Assembly: GCA_951406725.2 (NCBI GenBank)
Contig: OX597817.1
Coordinates: forward strand, 97,774,001-97,838,000
Length of the DNA stretch: 64,000 bases
Direction: 5' to 3'
Origin: Octopus vulgaris
Lineage: Eukaryota
Shown: in pieces, positions 49,836 through 63,570 of the stretch
Numbering within the stretch: the stretch's first letter is position 1
How the letters are laid out: every line of letters begins with the position of its first letter
Notes under the pieces: generated by a model
Databases searched by the model: none
The model's input: only the letters and a program-made list of their open reading frames with translations
Told to the model about the DNA's origin: nothing
Position numbers and translations under genes: made by a program

Positions 49836-50939
49836 ACGTGTGTGTGTGTATATTGAGTGTTTGAAGTGGTGTACAGATATTGTATTTTGAGAAAATGAAG
49901 GCAGTCAGAATTTTGGGTAATTCTTTATTAACACTTTCGTTTGTTTTTCGAACTCAAGACAAAATCAAAATCAAAATGGTAAAAACAGAGTGTTTCATTG
50001 TTAATTTTTATGAATCAGATGCTTTTTTGCTTTGTTTAGAAGAGGAGAATATCGTTTTTCTTTTATGGGGGTAGGGGAGAGAGAGAGAGAGAGAGAGAAA
50101 GAAAGCAAAGAGGGTGGTGAATAGACAGTGGGAGAGGTTTCAGGGCAATCAAGAAAGAAAAGAAAAAATAATAAAGGATGGGGAAAGGGTAGATATATAG
50201 ATAGACAGACAGACTGAGAGATATATAGAGAGAGGTTTCTTTTCAATTTGATGTGGTCAATTGAAATTTCATTACAAAGCATTTTTCTTTCTCCTTTTTT
50301 TATTGTATACCTATCAACATATTTGTAAATAAACACATTTTCTCACAAGGGCTGGTGACCTATCAAAGATGTCAAGTTTAGGAAGTAGCATGGGAAAAAT
50401 AAAAGAGGGGAGGGATGCAGTCATCACTGAAAAATAAGAAAGAGTTCTAAGTCCTATGAAAATGCATATTCCTTTACACTTGTATAGTCAAGTGCCATAT
50501 TCTGTGTAATTCCATGCTTTTCAATAAACAAATATTAAATATTAGTACAATAATCATAAATTAGGAAAATAAAGTCAGAAAATAAAAAAAATAATTTGGT
50601 ACTGTTTATAATTCAATCTATTCCCTATATACATTTAATCAAACATCATAAATAAGAAGATCTTTTTCATGAATTACTTTGCGAAGTAGCTACATTAGAT
50701 GTCTTTCCTAATCAAAATGGTTCTGGTATTCTTTCTATCTAGTTTCTATCTATCAAATCTATCAAGACCAACAGTTGTCAAAATCCCAATGTTATATATA
50801 TATCTGATCGTTTTAGAGATGAGTATCATGCTATTAACATTGGAGCCACATTCGGAAACAACTGTAATATTGTAATATAAATGTTTTCTCTTCAGCCATC
50901 ATCATTACTATTAAAAAAAATATATATATATATATATAG

Positions 50940-51565
50940 TTCCTCTGCTTCTCTTTCAAGCATTTAATTTTGGAGAGAATTTTTTGATGAAGTGTAGCTC
51001 CATTGCTTTTCAGAATTTTGGGTAATCTCTTGAACATTTGAAAAAGGGAAAGATTTTGAACTTTCCTTTCCCACTTATTTCTGGATGCTTGCTCAGTGGA
51101 ATCTTGCACAATTCTTCCTGTTGGGTGTGTTGTTTGTGGATTCTTGCACATTGGCAGAGGGAATTGTTTGTTTCGCCAATGTAATTATCCTTGCAGTTAA
51201 TATCTGCATTTACTTTGAATGAGAATCTGCTCTTGAATTTTATATGGGAACCACTTTCTAAGTATTTTAAGTTGTTGTTGTTGCATGTTCCAAAGGAAAA
51301 AAATTACTGAACACACGATTCTATTTATTAATGGGCACAATCCTGGGGTAGCCAACATCTTTCATATCATAAAATCAAACCTACCTATACTTCTACAAAG
51401 TCCCAAAATGAAAAATCTGATTGATAAAAACCCCTTACAAAACCGTAGGCACCAACCAAAAAAATTTCAAAAAACACTTCACAAAAGCAAAATTCATATC
51501 AGAGAATGAATCAGAATTCTCCATAAAAGAATGTTACATAGCAGATGTGGAACTTACATACCATA
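50940..51565. mobile_element. Penelope-like fragments in opposite orientations
   Basis: Minus 51270-50940: CKDNYIGETNNSL..RIHKQH..IPLSKH..FKIFPF (GIY-YIG). Plus 51285-51565: HNPGVANIFHIIKSNLPIL..QPKNFKKHFTKAKF..RCGT. Confidence 0.65.
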
Positions 51566-52049
51566 TTTCTTGTTATCAAAGACACTTTATCTTCGAGGAC
51601 ACACCCTAATTTTGACAACCAAAAATTTGAAAAACAAAAAAAATAATAAACATAAAAATAAGGTTTCAGGACTTCAGGTCTTGTTACCTTTACAGATGCA
51701 ATGAAAAAAAAACATCACTGTAACCTCCAGCATTTATTTTGGCTGTTCATCTAATATTTATTTGTGCTATCCCTTATATTGGCTAACTGCGACTGTTTTG
51801 TGACCCCACACTTGTGTCTTTAAAAATAGCAAAAGCAGCACTCACCTACCTTACCAATTTGTTTTGTGGGACCATCAGTACAGGATCTTGGTATGATAAG
51901 TTTACTCTCAAAGTTTACACCTACCATTATGTACCCACTGTAATATTTCATGTTATTACCATTTGTAAAATTTTGCATAGACATGACAAAACAAATGTTA
52001 CAATTAAATTACAATGGAAAAAGACTAATAAGTGTGCAAATATTAAACA

Positions 52050-53341
52050 TATGAGTATCACGCAAATATTTCACTCTTCAAATCCTGAAAACTGACTGCA
52101 GTTATCCATAGCCTCAAAACCAGAAAAATCATCAGGGTTGTCAATCTTACCCCAGGTGTCACTATCTTCAAACAGAATGTCATCTCCTGTACCATTTAAT
52201 GCATTACTGATGCCACATTTTTTAAATGATTTTACTACTACTACTACTACAATTTTCACAGTGTTCCATAATTTCAGGACCCACACACACCCGAGGAATT
52301 GTTGGCCTTTACAAATGACTTGTTGGTGTTAGGTCATAGTCCTTGGGTCTCATCCACTGATTCCATTCTTCTTTCATAAATGCCTTAAAAGACTTGTTGA
52401 CTGATACATCCAGTGGTTGTAATTGACTTGTTAAACCACCAGGGATCACTGCCATTTTTGTTTTCAATTTCTGCACCCTTTCTTTTGTTTTGTGGGCACA
52501 AAACTGGTCCCACACAAGAAGAGATGGTTTTTTAAGGAGGCCACCAGAACGCCTTGACTAGACCTTATCAAGCCACCCTCTCCATCCATCCACCTCTTTG
52601 GGTGGATGTGAACAAAAATTCCACATGGAATTTTGTCTTTTGGTAAAGTTTTCTTCGGGAAAATAAGCAGTGGTGGCAGTTTTGTTCCATCAGCACAACA
52701 CGATAATATCACAGTATCTTAGGTTTTCTCTTGTCCAGATGTCTTTATACTTATGGTTTTAGACCCTTTAACATCCACTGTTCTCTTTGATACCACATCA
52801 AACATTAGTGACACCTCATCTATGTTTCCAATCTGACCCAATTCATAGTAAGTCTCTTTCTTGCAGTGATTATGAACCTGTGAAATTCAATTATTTTGTT
52901 ATCATAATCTTCAGGCATTTTTGTGCTATTCTCATTGCTTTCATTCCCATTGCCAGTCCTTGCCTCTTCATAAATCTGTAGCACCAGCTTGATGTGCCTC
53001 AAAAATCATCCAGACCTTGTGCTGCTGCCCTCACTTTTGATTCATTAATAATAATTTTTATTGTAACTGCAAGACCCAAATTTCTCTCCACAACTATCCA
53101 CTCCTTCATCTCTTGTTCCAATTCTGGCTACTTAGCTGCAGTCTGATGCAGGTTATGTTAAGTCTTGATGTAGACTTCAACAGGTCCTTTTGTTTCTTCT
53201 AGTAGTAGATCATTTTCTCAGTTGGCGGTGCTCCAAAATGCCTCTCTGCAGCCCTGTTGCCATGTTGTTTGGCATATTCAATCACTTGTAGCTTGTAGCC
53301 GATTGTGTAAGAGTATCTTTTGCTTGAGGTTGCAATAATAA
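52050..53341 (-). mobile_element. pogo-superfamily (POGK-like) transposase pseudogene
   Basis: Brinker-type KRYSYTIGYKLQVIEYAKQHGNRAAERHF, CCADGTKLPPLLIF, WMD, WDQFCAH, IPGGLTSQLQPLDVSVNK and KSFKKCGISNAL. Confidence 0.85.
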
Positions 53342-55332
53342 CATCATCATCATCATCGTTTAACGTCCGTTTTTCCATGCTTGCATGGGTTGGACAGTTT
53401 GACTGCACCAGACTCCAATCTGATCTGGCAATGTTTCTACAGCTGGGTGCCCTTCCTAATGCCAACCACTCTGAGAGGAGTATAGTGGGTGCTTTTTACG
53501 TTCCACCTGCACAGGCGCCAGTCAGGCAGCACTGGCATCAGCCACATTTGGCTGGTGCCACCAGCACAAGAGCCAGTAGGGGCGGGGGCTGACATCGACC
53601 ACATTGGAATGGTGCTTTTTATGTGCCACCAGCATGGGGAGCCAGTCAGGCATCTCTGGCAGCAACCCACACATGAATGAATTATTGCATGCCACCAGCA
53701 CTGGTAACAGCCACAACTACAATTTCCATTTGATTTTGATTTACTTGACTCAGTAGGCCTCCTCAAGCATGGGATGTTGCCTGACAATTCAAAGGTATTT
53801 ACATTTGACGGATATTTGTCCTCATCTTGTTTGTTGTATACTCTGAAAAATTGGCAAATCTTATAAGTGATGGTAGCTACAGCAAAGAAAAGAAAGACCC
53901 AACTCTGTAAACAGAAAGGAAGTTGTCAGAGATCTTGATCAAGAACAAGGATCACTTTACACAAATAAAGTACAGACAACTGACTCAACACTACAGTAAG
54001 CTACCACACATGTGCGGTCTCCCTGAGATTCACAGGGATGGTATTCCATTAAGACCTATGTTCAGCATGTCATCCACTGAGCTGCTTCCTTGTGGATATA
54101 ATCATTCCATTAGCAGGAAAGTCAACATCGTATGTGAAGAATTCCACCCACTTCACAGAATTGATCGAGGATACCCCCATTGAATCCAACCAGATGGTGA
54201 GTCTAGATGTGATAAGTCTGTTCACCAAAGTCCCAACTGGTGAAGCACTATCAGTGATTCAAGAAAAACTAGTGACAGACATCCATTTATAAGAACACAT
54301 TAGTATACCAATAAGAAACCTGATGGAAATGTTAACCTTCTGTCTAGAAACTACCTACTTCAGTATGGACACTGATATAAATCGACAAGAAGAGGGTTTA
54401 GCTATAAGTTCACCATTATCACCGATAATAGCCAATATATACACGGAATACTTAAAACCAACCATATGGCTGTGATATGTTGATGACACTTTTATACTCT
54501 GGCCCCACCAAGATGTCCAAATGCTGTTAGATCATGTAAACTAAATAAAGCTGCCCATACAGTTCACAATGGAAAAGGAAAAAGACAATCAGCTAGCATT
54601 CCTGGATGTATTAATAACATGCACCATATACTGCAAGCTGACCTTCACTAGACAATACCTCAACTTTAATTCCCACCATCCATACAGTGTAAAGAGAGGG
54701 ATTGCTCAGTGCCTAAAACATCAAGCAAAGAATATAAGAAGTGATTGTAATACCCACCACGAAGAAATGATCAAGTTAAGTAACAATCTATTAAGCAACA
54801 GCTACCCCAAAAACATACTATCCACTCCAATTATGAAGAAAAGAGAAGATGAAACCAATAAACTGTCCACAGTTTGTCTACCCTATGTAAAAGGCCTCTG
54901 AAAAGATACCAAATATATGTGGCCCATATGACATAACAACTGTATTCAAGAGTAATACAACACTTCGCAAGTATCTCCTTCGACCTTCGAGTAAAACCAC
55001 CAATAGAAGAGAATATGACCAAAGACTGTGTATACTCCATCCCATGCAGCTGTAGTCAGTTATACAAAGACAAAACATGCCACCCCCTCAAGATAAGGGT
55101 AGACAAACATTGCAAAGCTGTGACACAAGGAGATATTGTGGGATGAAGTTAAAATAATAGACAGAGAACACTACTGGAAAATACGCAAACTAAAAGAAGC
55201 AGCACATATGCTAGGACACAACAACCTCCTAATCAGACTGAGTGGTGTAGATATGAGTAGCATATGGGAACCAGTATTAAGGAAGGATAGGAAAATAGAT
55301 TTATAAGCCCTAAAATTCACTCTATAATTGCC

Positions 55333-55405
55333 CACTGGCATATGGTGTAGTGGTTAATAGTGCGGGCTACTATCCCCAAGATTCTGTGTTCGATTCCAGG
55401 CAGTG
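55333..55405 (+). ncRNA. tRNA-like Pol III promoter module in the Penelope pLTR (not a functional tRNA call)
   Basis: A box TGGTGTAGTGG 55343-55353, B box GTTCGATTCC 55388-55397, closing stem CACTG/CAGTG. A second copy lies at 36931-36998. Confidence 0.7.
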
Positions 55406-55497
55406 ACCTGAATAATAATAATAATAATAATAACAATAATAACAACAACAACGAAAAATACCTTAGGAATGAAAACCCAGGTTTGAAATTTCCCCAA

Positions 55498-55540
55498 GAC
55501 ACCTGAAGAAGGCTGGAGGGTATATCAGCTGAAACGTGTT
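55498..55540 (+). ncRNA. Minimal type I hammerhead ribozyme (core intact, cleavage triplet deleted)
   Basis: GACAC-CTGAAGA-A-GGCTG-gagggtatat-CAGCT-GAAAC-GTGTT. Confidence 0.7.
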
Positions 55541-57284
55541 AACAACAAACAAGATGAGGGCAAATATCTGTCAAATGTAAATAATGTACATAATTCCTCA
55601 TCTCTTAAATATAGAACTAGATTCAAAGGTACTTTTTAAATGGGCTGGTTATGCGACACTAGTGTAGGCTATGGCTGTGATCTCACTTTCCTTGCCAGGT
55701 CTTCTCAATCACAGCATATCTCCAGAGGTTTCAGTCTTTCGCCATTGCCTCTGCTCCACCACCTCATCCCATGTCTTCCTTCTACCATAGATTCCTTATT
55801 AGTGGGGGGAAATAAATAGGTATAAACATAACTATGTAGTTCGTATATAAGTAAATGTATTATATACGAAATAATAAAACTGAGAAATAAGCATAATTAT
55901 ACACCAGAAATAACACAATGAAGCCAATTCATAAAATCCGTCATTCTTTTATATATATATATATATATATATAAGCATGAATCATAGAACACTGTGCAAA
56001 ACAGTTGTTGGGGGTGGGGGTTAATATGAGATTTACCAAAAGTTCTAAATTATCATAAGCTAACTAGAGTATATTATAAGACTTAACATACATTTAATTA
56101 GGTAGATCAACTTACATGCAAAATGTAATTTCATACAAAGATTATAAATAGATGAAAGAATAAGTTACATAAATAAAATAAAATAAAAGAGTTAACCTTA
56201 AACCTAAAAAAGAAGAAATATGCTATTGAAAGGGTGTACTGATAATACAATACAGGGATAAATGCATGGTATAATATGATATAATATAAGAAAAAAATTT
56301 GTAAATAAAATATTATCAATGCAGATTAAGATAAGAGATAAATGATAAGGAATTAAACAGGTTTAAACCAAAGAGTATTTTACATATATGGAATTAAGCA
56401 CATATATCTGATAAATTAATAATATATGCGAAATGTCTGTATGTATGTATATGTGTGTGTGTATATATATATATGACCACTTCCCCCCCTTCTCTCTCTC
56501 TATCTTACTCTGTCTCTCTCTCTCTCTCTGTTTCACTATGTCTCCCTCTTTTGATTACCACTCGCTTCGCCAAGACTTCCTCCACCACCACCGCCCTATA
56601 TAAACTAGCGCACGCACACAGACTCCCACTCGCTTTCAATCCCCTGCCAAAGAATAACGGATGCCTGATGTACAGATAAGAATTTTTTCATCTTTTCAAC
56701 CTCGTTTCATCTACCTTACTATTTCTGCACAGATCATAAACCTTTCCGCTATTAGTTCTGTTCATCATTCTGTCTAGTTCAGTAACATGCCATCATGTAA
56801 ATATAGTTTTCAATAGTCTCGTCTTCCTTTTTGTTCCCTTAAGATAACCTTACAACATATTCATTGACTCATTCAGCTATTAAAGTTTTATCATACAGTT
56901 ACTTATTTATCCCCTAAATTCTGTCTTAGAATGTCTGACGGAGAACTCCCAGATTTTTCAAGTCTATTTTACTATTATCAACATTTGCTGTCTTGTTTAA
57001 ACTATGCTAAGCAGACCCCTTCTTTGTTTGAGGTGCTCCCGCCCTTCCACCCCCTCCACCTGTACCGGAAGTTCCTATCGTTCCTATCCTTTGTCATCCC
57101 TGGGTTGCCTCCCTGAACACTTCAAAAGGCTTTATGCCATCCCCACGCCTAGTCTAGGGTTATTTCCTATGTAAGGTAATGATCATATAGTGCAAAATAT
57201 GAAAGGGTAGTGTGTGCAGGTTGAACTGAAGGCTACTGTATTGTTTGCCTATGAATTCTGCCAAATGCGAGTTTTCTTTTCAGG

Positions 57285-59612
57285 TACCTGAAGCCGCTGT
57301 CCCCCGTCCCAGGGTCTCATGGGCCCATACCTCCCACACCCTCAGGGTTGGCACTCGTTGGCACACTGAAAGGTAGGTCTAGTGAGATTGTTGAGATGCT
57401 TGAACGGAGATGTGTTGATATGTGCTGCATCCAAGAAGTAAGGTGGAGAGGAGGTTCTGCTAGGTTCCTCACAGGCAAAGAACACTGACAGGGTCGGGGG
57501 CGTGGGTATACTTCTTGCTGAAAAATGGGTAGATGAAGTAATTGAGGTAGTCAGAGTATGCGACAGAATACTTAAGATTAGATTAGTGCTTCACCATGGG
57601 TTAGCAACCATTATATCGGGGCTACTCGATGGACAGAAGGACTGATTCTATGACACCCTGCTGCAGACTACCTCGTTGACAAACGACAGGGACCTTCTCT
57701 TTGTGGCTGGTGACTTCAATGGACATGTTGGACAACATACAGGGGGCTTCCATGGCATACATGGAGGCTACAGCTATGGTTCCCACAATGAGAAAGGAAC
57801 CAGACCGTTGGAGTTCTGCGATACAAATGATCTTATGGCTTGCAATACTAACTTCAGGAAACATACCAGTCACCTAGTCACCTACTGATCGGGCCAACAT
57901 ACCAGCCAAATTGACTACATCCTTGCCAGAAAAAGGGAAAGATAGCTGCTTATAAATGCCAAAACCTTCCCAGGCGAAGAATGTACCCCACAACATAGAC
58001 TGGTAGTTAGTGACTTTAGGATCAGGACTAAGTGGACGTCCAGAAGACGACCAACATGGAAAAGAAGGGTCTGGAAGCTTAAAGACCATGCGAATGGACA
58101 GAGATTTAGAGACATATTACTCGAAGCCTTTGACGAAATAGAAGAGGATATAGCTTCACATAGTGTAGAAGACAACTGGAGGTTTCTACGGGACAACCTG
58201 CTGAGAGCCACTGACCAGATCTGTGGATGGTGCAAAGTCCCCTCTCAACCCAAAATAACGTGGTGGTGGAACAAATCTTGTAGACAGGGCTATTAGAGAA
58301 AAGAGACAGTCTTGGAAGACAGAGAAGCTAGGGGATGGGTTTACTTAGCCAGAGCGGAGGCAGATAAGAAAAAAAATTTGCCAATGTTCTGCGCCGTGAG
58401 GATCAAAGACTTGAGGTATTTCATGTTGCAAGACAGTGTGTGAGAGAGAATCGTGATGTTGTAGGAGAGAAATGTGTCCGTATGGATGATGGTTCTCTTG
58501 CACTAAATGGGGCTGCAAAGAGAGAGGTTTGGAGACACCACTATGAAAGGTTGCTGGATAAAGAAAATGAATGGGAGAAAGAGAGTCTGCCGAATGTTGA
58601 TCCAACATTGGGACCAGTTATCTGAGTAGATATCTGGTAGATAAAGCAATTAAAAGTATGAAGACAGGGAAAGCCCCTAGCCCATCAGGAATTTCTACAG
58701 AGGTGCTCAAAATATCTGGCAGTGTCGGCTATAGCCTAGTCACCCATATAGTTAACCAGGTGATACACAAAGGAGTCATACCCAATGACTGGTGTGGCAG
58801 CATAATCAACAGCTACAAAGGTAAAGGTGGCGCTTTAGATACAAATAATTACAAAGGTATCAAGCTGTTGGACCAGGTAATGAAGGTCACAGAGAGGGTC
58901 ATAGCCCAACAAATGAGGGAGAGAATGAGTTTGGATGAGATGCAGTTTGGGTTCGTGCCAGGGAAAAGCACCACTGATGCTATATTTCTGGTAAGACAGC
59001 TGCAGGAGAAATACCTAACCTAAGATAAACCTATGTACCTGGCTTTCGTTGACATGGAGAAAGCCTTTGATAGGGTCCCCCAATCCTTTATCTGGTGGTC
59101 AATGAGGAAACTAGGGATAGATGAATGATTAGTGAGAGCTGTGCAAGCCATGTACAGGGACGCTGTCAGTAAGGTGATAGTTGGCAATGAGTACACTGAA
59201 GAATTCTGGCTAGAGGTAGGGGTCCACCAAGGTTCAGTCCTCAGCCTCCTCCTATTTATCATAGTCCTCCTGGCAATAACAGAGGAATTCAAAACAGGAT
59301 GCCCCTGGGAGCTCCTCTATGCTGATGACCTTGCTCTAATTGTTGAGTCACTATCAGAACTAGAGGAGAAGTTTCAAGTGTGGAAACAAGGATTAGAATC
59401 GAAGGGCCTTAGAATCAACCTAACTAAAGCCAAAGTCCAAATAAGTAGGAAGGCAGGCAAACCACAAATCCCTTCAGATGGCCCTGCTCGATCTGTAGTA
59501 GAGGCATAGGTAGAAACTCTATAAGATGTACCCAGTGTAAGCTAAGGACACATAAGGGGTGCAGTAATATCAAAGAAAGGCTAACTGGGAAGATAGCTTT
59601 TGTATGTGGCAG
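57285..59612 (+). mobile_element. RTE-clade LINE, decayed, 3'-truncated (same family as 31042)
   Basis: APE start TLRVGT..CIQEVRW, GDFNGHVG, RT HQGSVLS and LYADD. High nucleotide similarity to the reverse complement of 32350-34360. Confidence 0.9.
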
Positions 59613-59614
59613 AT

Positions 59615-60090
59615 ATGTGTGTCTCTATTTGTACCCCACCATTGCTTCACAACCAATGTTGCTGTGTTTATGTTTCCATAACTTAGCTGTTCGGCAAAAT
59701 ACACTGATAGATAAGTGCTAGGCTTAGAAAGAATATCCTGTAGTCGATTTTTTTCAACTAAAGGCTGTGCTCCAGCATGGCTGCAGTCACCTAACTGAAA
59801 TAATAAAGTAAAACAATAAATAACTATGCCATTTTAATCCCGAGCAAGTCAGGGTATCTCTACTAGTTATATATATATATTATATGTGTGTGTGTTTATG
59901 TATCTGTGTTTGTTCCCCCACCAATACTTGACAATCAATGTCGGTGTGTTTACATTCCTGTACCTTAGCTGTTCAGCAAAAGAGACCGATAGAATAAGTC
60001 AAGAAATAAGTCCTGGAGTCAATTTGTTCGACTAAAGCCGATCCTCCAGCATGGCTGCAGTCAGATGACTGAAACAAATAAAAGAATATA
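59615..60090 (+). mobile_element. Two SINE 3' halves separated by a Helitron 3' terminus
   Basis: 59615-59815 and 59885-60090 match 45590-45800. CCCGAGCAAGTCAGGG..CTAG|T lies at 59839-59866. Confidence 0.7.
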
Positions 60091-60114
60091 AGGATATATT
60101 ATATGTGTGTGTAT

Positions 60115-60945
60115 ATAATAAAGATGAAAATTTGTTTCTGTCTGTCTGTCAGACCATCTCTAGCAAGAAAAGGCTACACCATCTATATAAAAATTAAAGC
60201 TACATGTTGTGTAAAATTTTACACCGAAGACAATGGAAGTTTGTCCTGAAGGGAGCTAGTGGCCCTTTTCCAAAATGTAGATGTTGCAGTTCCCAAATAG
60301 ATTACCACTCTTTCAGGTTTTAAGCTTCTGTCATTTATTTAGGGAGATAACTAAATAATTTAGGGAGATAACTAAATAAAACAACTGGCACTAAAGAACA
60401 TTACTGTGAATAATTTAAAAGAAAGACTCGAAAATGTTCCAGGAAATTAACATACAAATCTATAAACTCTGTTGTTGATAACTCGGAAATTGTCAGTTAC
60501 CCCATTGACTTCTTTAAACTCACTTGAGACACAAGGAGCTCCTCCTCATTACTTTTCATTGAAAATAGGCACTCCAATCATGCTTCTGCAGGACTTCCTC
60601 AAACAAAACTGTGCAATGGCTCTAGACTTGTGAAGAAATTAGCAAGAAACGTCATAGAGTCCACAATAAATTATTTCTTGTTGAAAAGACGAAGATGTTT
60701 TTATTCCTTGCTTACCTTTAATATCTTCCAATATGCCCTTCCAATTCAAACAACTTTTAATTAATAATACAACTGTCTTTTGCGATGTCCATTAATAAGT
60801 CCCAACATCTGACTTTGAAAGTTACTGCTTTGCAATTAGAGAAGGACAGTCAGTTATATATGTTGGGGCCCCATAGTGGGGGCAAGGACAATCTTCATTT
60901 TTATCCCTACTGATAAAACCTGAAACATTGTCTATAAGGAAGTTT
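60115..60945 (+). mobile_element. Helitron relic with PIF1-like helicase C-terminal fragment
   Basis: TYKSINSV..YPIDF.NSL..QGAPPH..LKIGTPIMLL, LCNGSRL, VFIP and FAMSINKSQ. The 5' end resembles the other Helitrons in the window. Confidence 0.8.
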
Positions 60946-61079
60946 TGGGCATGGGATCAACAAACCAAAATTTGCAGAATGAATAATAACTTTGAAGACT
61001 GAAATACTACGGATCATAGATCAGAAGTTTATATGCACAAACCTATAGAATTCTCTACTGCTACAGAAGCTGAACAGGA

Positions 61080-61650
61080 GGTAGTAAGAATTGATTACAT
61101 CAACATTGAAAAAAGGTTGTAATGCTAGCAATAGACGTAAACTCAGCTGCTGGCCCTGACAGATTCCCAGCAATTATCCTCAAGTCAAGCAAACAAGTCC
61201 TTACAAAACCATTGCAGCTACTAAAAACTATAGGCCTATCTCTCTCACCTCACACATCAGCAAAGTCATGGAATGAATAGTTGGAAGGAAATTAATCGCA
61301 TTCCTTGAAGAGAATGACTTACTGACTGATACCCAGCATGGTTTTTGACCAGGTAAAAACTGCCTGACACAGCTATTGCAGCATTACCACTGGGTGCTTA
61401 AGCAGTTGCTCAACAACTCCAATGTGGATGTGATATACCTCAACTTTGCAAAGACCTTTGAGAAAGTCGACCTTGGTATGATTTATCACAAGCTCCGAAA
61501 TATTGGCATATCTGGAAAACTTGGAGAATGGCTACATGACTTTCTAAAAGACAGAAGTCAAAAGGCCACCTCCAAGAAAACACAAATAATGAATGGTGTT
61601 CCACAGAGCGCTATCCTGCAGCCACTGCTATTCATAATGGTCCAATGGTC
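61080..61650 (+). mobile_element. CR1-clade RT fragment
   Basis: AAGPD, NYRPISLTSHISKVME, QHGF, CLTQLL, VDVIYLNFAKTFEKVD and GVPQSAILQPLLF. Confidence 0.8.
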
Positions 61651-61899
61651 CTCATTCAATACAACCTAAGTGAATAACTTTCAATATTCATAATATAATT
61701 TTGGCAGCTTTTTTTTAACCCAGTTGATGATGAGTGTTTCTGCTAGTATATATATACACACACACTTACATAAATTAATATAAACAGCCAGGTACAATGT
61801 GATATTACCATAAAGGAAAAATTCAATTATCACTAAGTGTGACGACTAAGGATGTCGAAGCACCTACATTGCTAGAAATAAGAGTTAAAATACTCTTAA

Positions 61900-62095
61900 C
61901 CCTTTATTTACCATATTTATTTTGAGATGCTCTGTGTTTCTTTCAATTGTTTTAAATATAACAAAGAATTTAGTAAAAGAACTTAGTTATCATTAAGCTA
62001 ATGTTTAGTGGAAGATTTTAATTCAAAACTTATGAAAACAAGACAGTTGTAATACAGAACCAGAGCCAGTTTCAGCCAGGTTGCTAACAAAAAGG
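61900..62095. mobile_element. TTAA-specific (piggyBac-like) MITE
   Basis: TTAA|CCCTTT...AAAGG|TTAA. An empty TTAA site is present in the paralogous segment at ~63683. Confidence 0.75.
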
Positions 62096-62323
62096 TTAAT
62101 GCTATAGCAGGAGTGCAGAATGTATACACACATGCTGAGAGGGAAGGCAACCACCCCATGACAAATTCAAGGATCTCCAGACCAGACTTAGTTTTGCCAG
62201 ACTTAGTGAGGACTGCTTGAATGGCACATGATCTGCTAATTATATGTGCCAGCATATATGTATTTACCATAAAAAGTTATGGAGGATTTAGCAAAATGTT
62301 AATGCGTATACTAAAAATTAACA

Positions 62324-63570
62324 TCAGGCTGAGTAAAAAGTTAGCAACATTTTGTAACATGAAATTCAACACAATATATTTCAACTATGTGGAAATGTTA
62401 TTCATTAAAGTAAGTACCATTACAATCAACACATTTTTGCCAACAAGTCACGAGTTTCTTTAATCTGGTAACATAAAAATCTGGAGTTCTAGAGCTGATG
62501 AACTCTTTGAATGCACTTTTAGCATCTGTTTGATTTTTGAACTCCTGTCACAGGAAACCATCAAGGGGCTTGAAAAAGTGGTAGTCGGTAGGAGAAATGT
62601 GTGGGGAATAAGCTGGATGGAGAAGAACTTTATAGTCAAGTTCCTTCAACTTCTGGAGCATCATTAGTCAAATGTGTGGTTGAGCATTGTCATGAAGAAT
62701 GATTGGTCCTGTTGACCAGTCTGGGACGGAGGAGTAGCAGTTTTTTATTCATTTTGGCAATTTCATGGCAATATGTTTCTGCAATAATGGTTTTTCCAGG
62801 TTTTAAGAAATTATAGTGGATGAGTCCAGCAGTACACCATCAAAAAGTCACCATAACCTTCTTTTTGAAGAGCTTGGGTTTGGGGAGGGTTTTTGGTGCT
62901 TCGTTTTGATCCAACCACTGCAAAGAATGTTTTTTTTTATCCTTGTACAGAATCCACTTTCCAATGCAAGTTACAATACAATCAATGGATCGGTCTGGTT
63001 ATGGAGAAGAAGCAATGAGCAAATTTCATATCTGCACATTTTCTGATTTTCATTGAAACCGTATGGTACCCATATGTCAAGCTTTTTTGATTTTCTGATT
63101 GCATGCAAATGGTTGCAGGCAGTTTTCTGGCTAACTTGATGTTCTTTTCCCAGCACCCAAGTGGTTTTACATGGATCTATCTGAAAGACGGTTTTTAATT
63201 GACCATCATCCACTATGCTCACAATCTTCAAGGCTCAGATCTCCATTGCGAAATCGTTTAAACCATTTTCAATCTGACCCACTCATTCCCAAATGTTTCA
63301 TTAATATCACAAGCAGTTTCAGCTGCTTTACATCCTTTTTTGAAGTTAACTAGCAAAATTGCTTGAATATTGCGCTTTGACAGTTCCATTTCAGATGGTT
63401 ATAACAATGGTGAAAAAAAAACATCAATGTTAATTTATTGATGCATTTGGGGAAGTCTCTGTTTTATCAGACAGTTGCAAAAAATGTTTAAAAAATTTCA
63501 AAACTCTGCAAAAATCTGGTACAAATTCTTCATGATTCAAAATGTTGCTTACTTTTTTTATTCAACGTGA
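62324..63570 (-). mobile_element. mariner DNA transposon, second decayed copy
   Basis: Same TIRs and internal sequence as 29320-30576; peptide KLDIWVPY. Confidence 0.88.

Larger units (their letters stand above)
53798..55620 (+). mobile_element. Penelope (Poseidon-like) element, 5'-truncated, with 3' pLTR and short inverted 5' pLTR
   Basis: 11-bp TSD ATTCAAAGGTA (53787-53797, 55621-55631). RT motifs GLPEIH..IPLRP, SLDVISLFTKVP, SPLSP, YVDD and LAFLDV, plus a GIY-YIG VYSIPCSC. 53798-53837 is the inverse of ~55543-55585. Confidence 0.9.
53342..55790 (-). mobile_element. 5'-truncated RTE 3' end, split by a Penelope insertion
   Basis: 53342-53797 and 55632-55790 are similar to 31042-31840. (CAT)n tail at 53342. 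Confidence 0.75.

Noticed and set aside
55333-55405. Functional tRNA gene
   Set aside because: The stems are imperfect, the two copies differ in the anticodon arm, and it is embedded in a repeat. The same applies to the SINE heads at 45387, 48678 and 49035.
56600-56640. TATA-box promoter (CTATATAAA)
   Set aside because: An isolated motif in AT-rich DNA with no linked gene.
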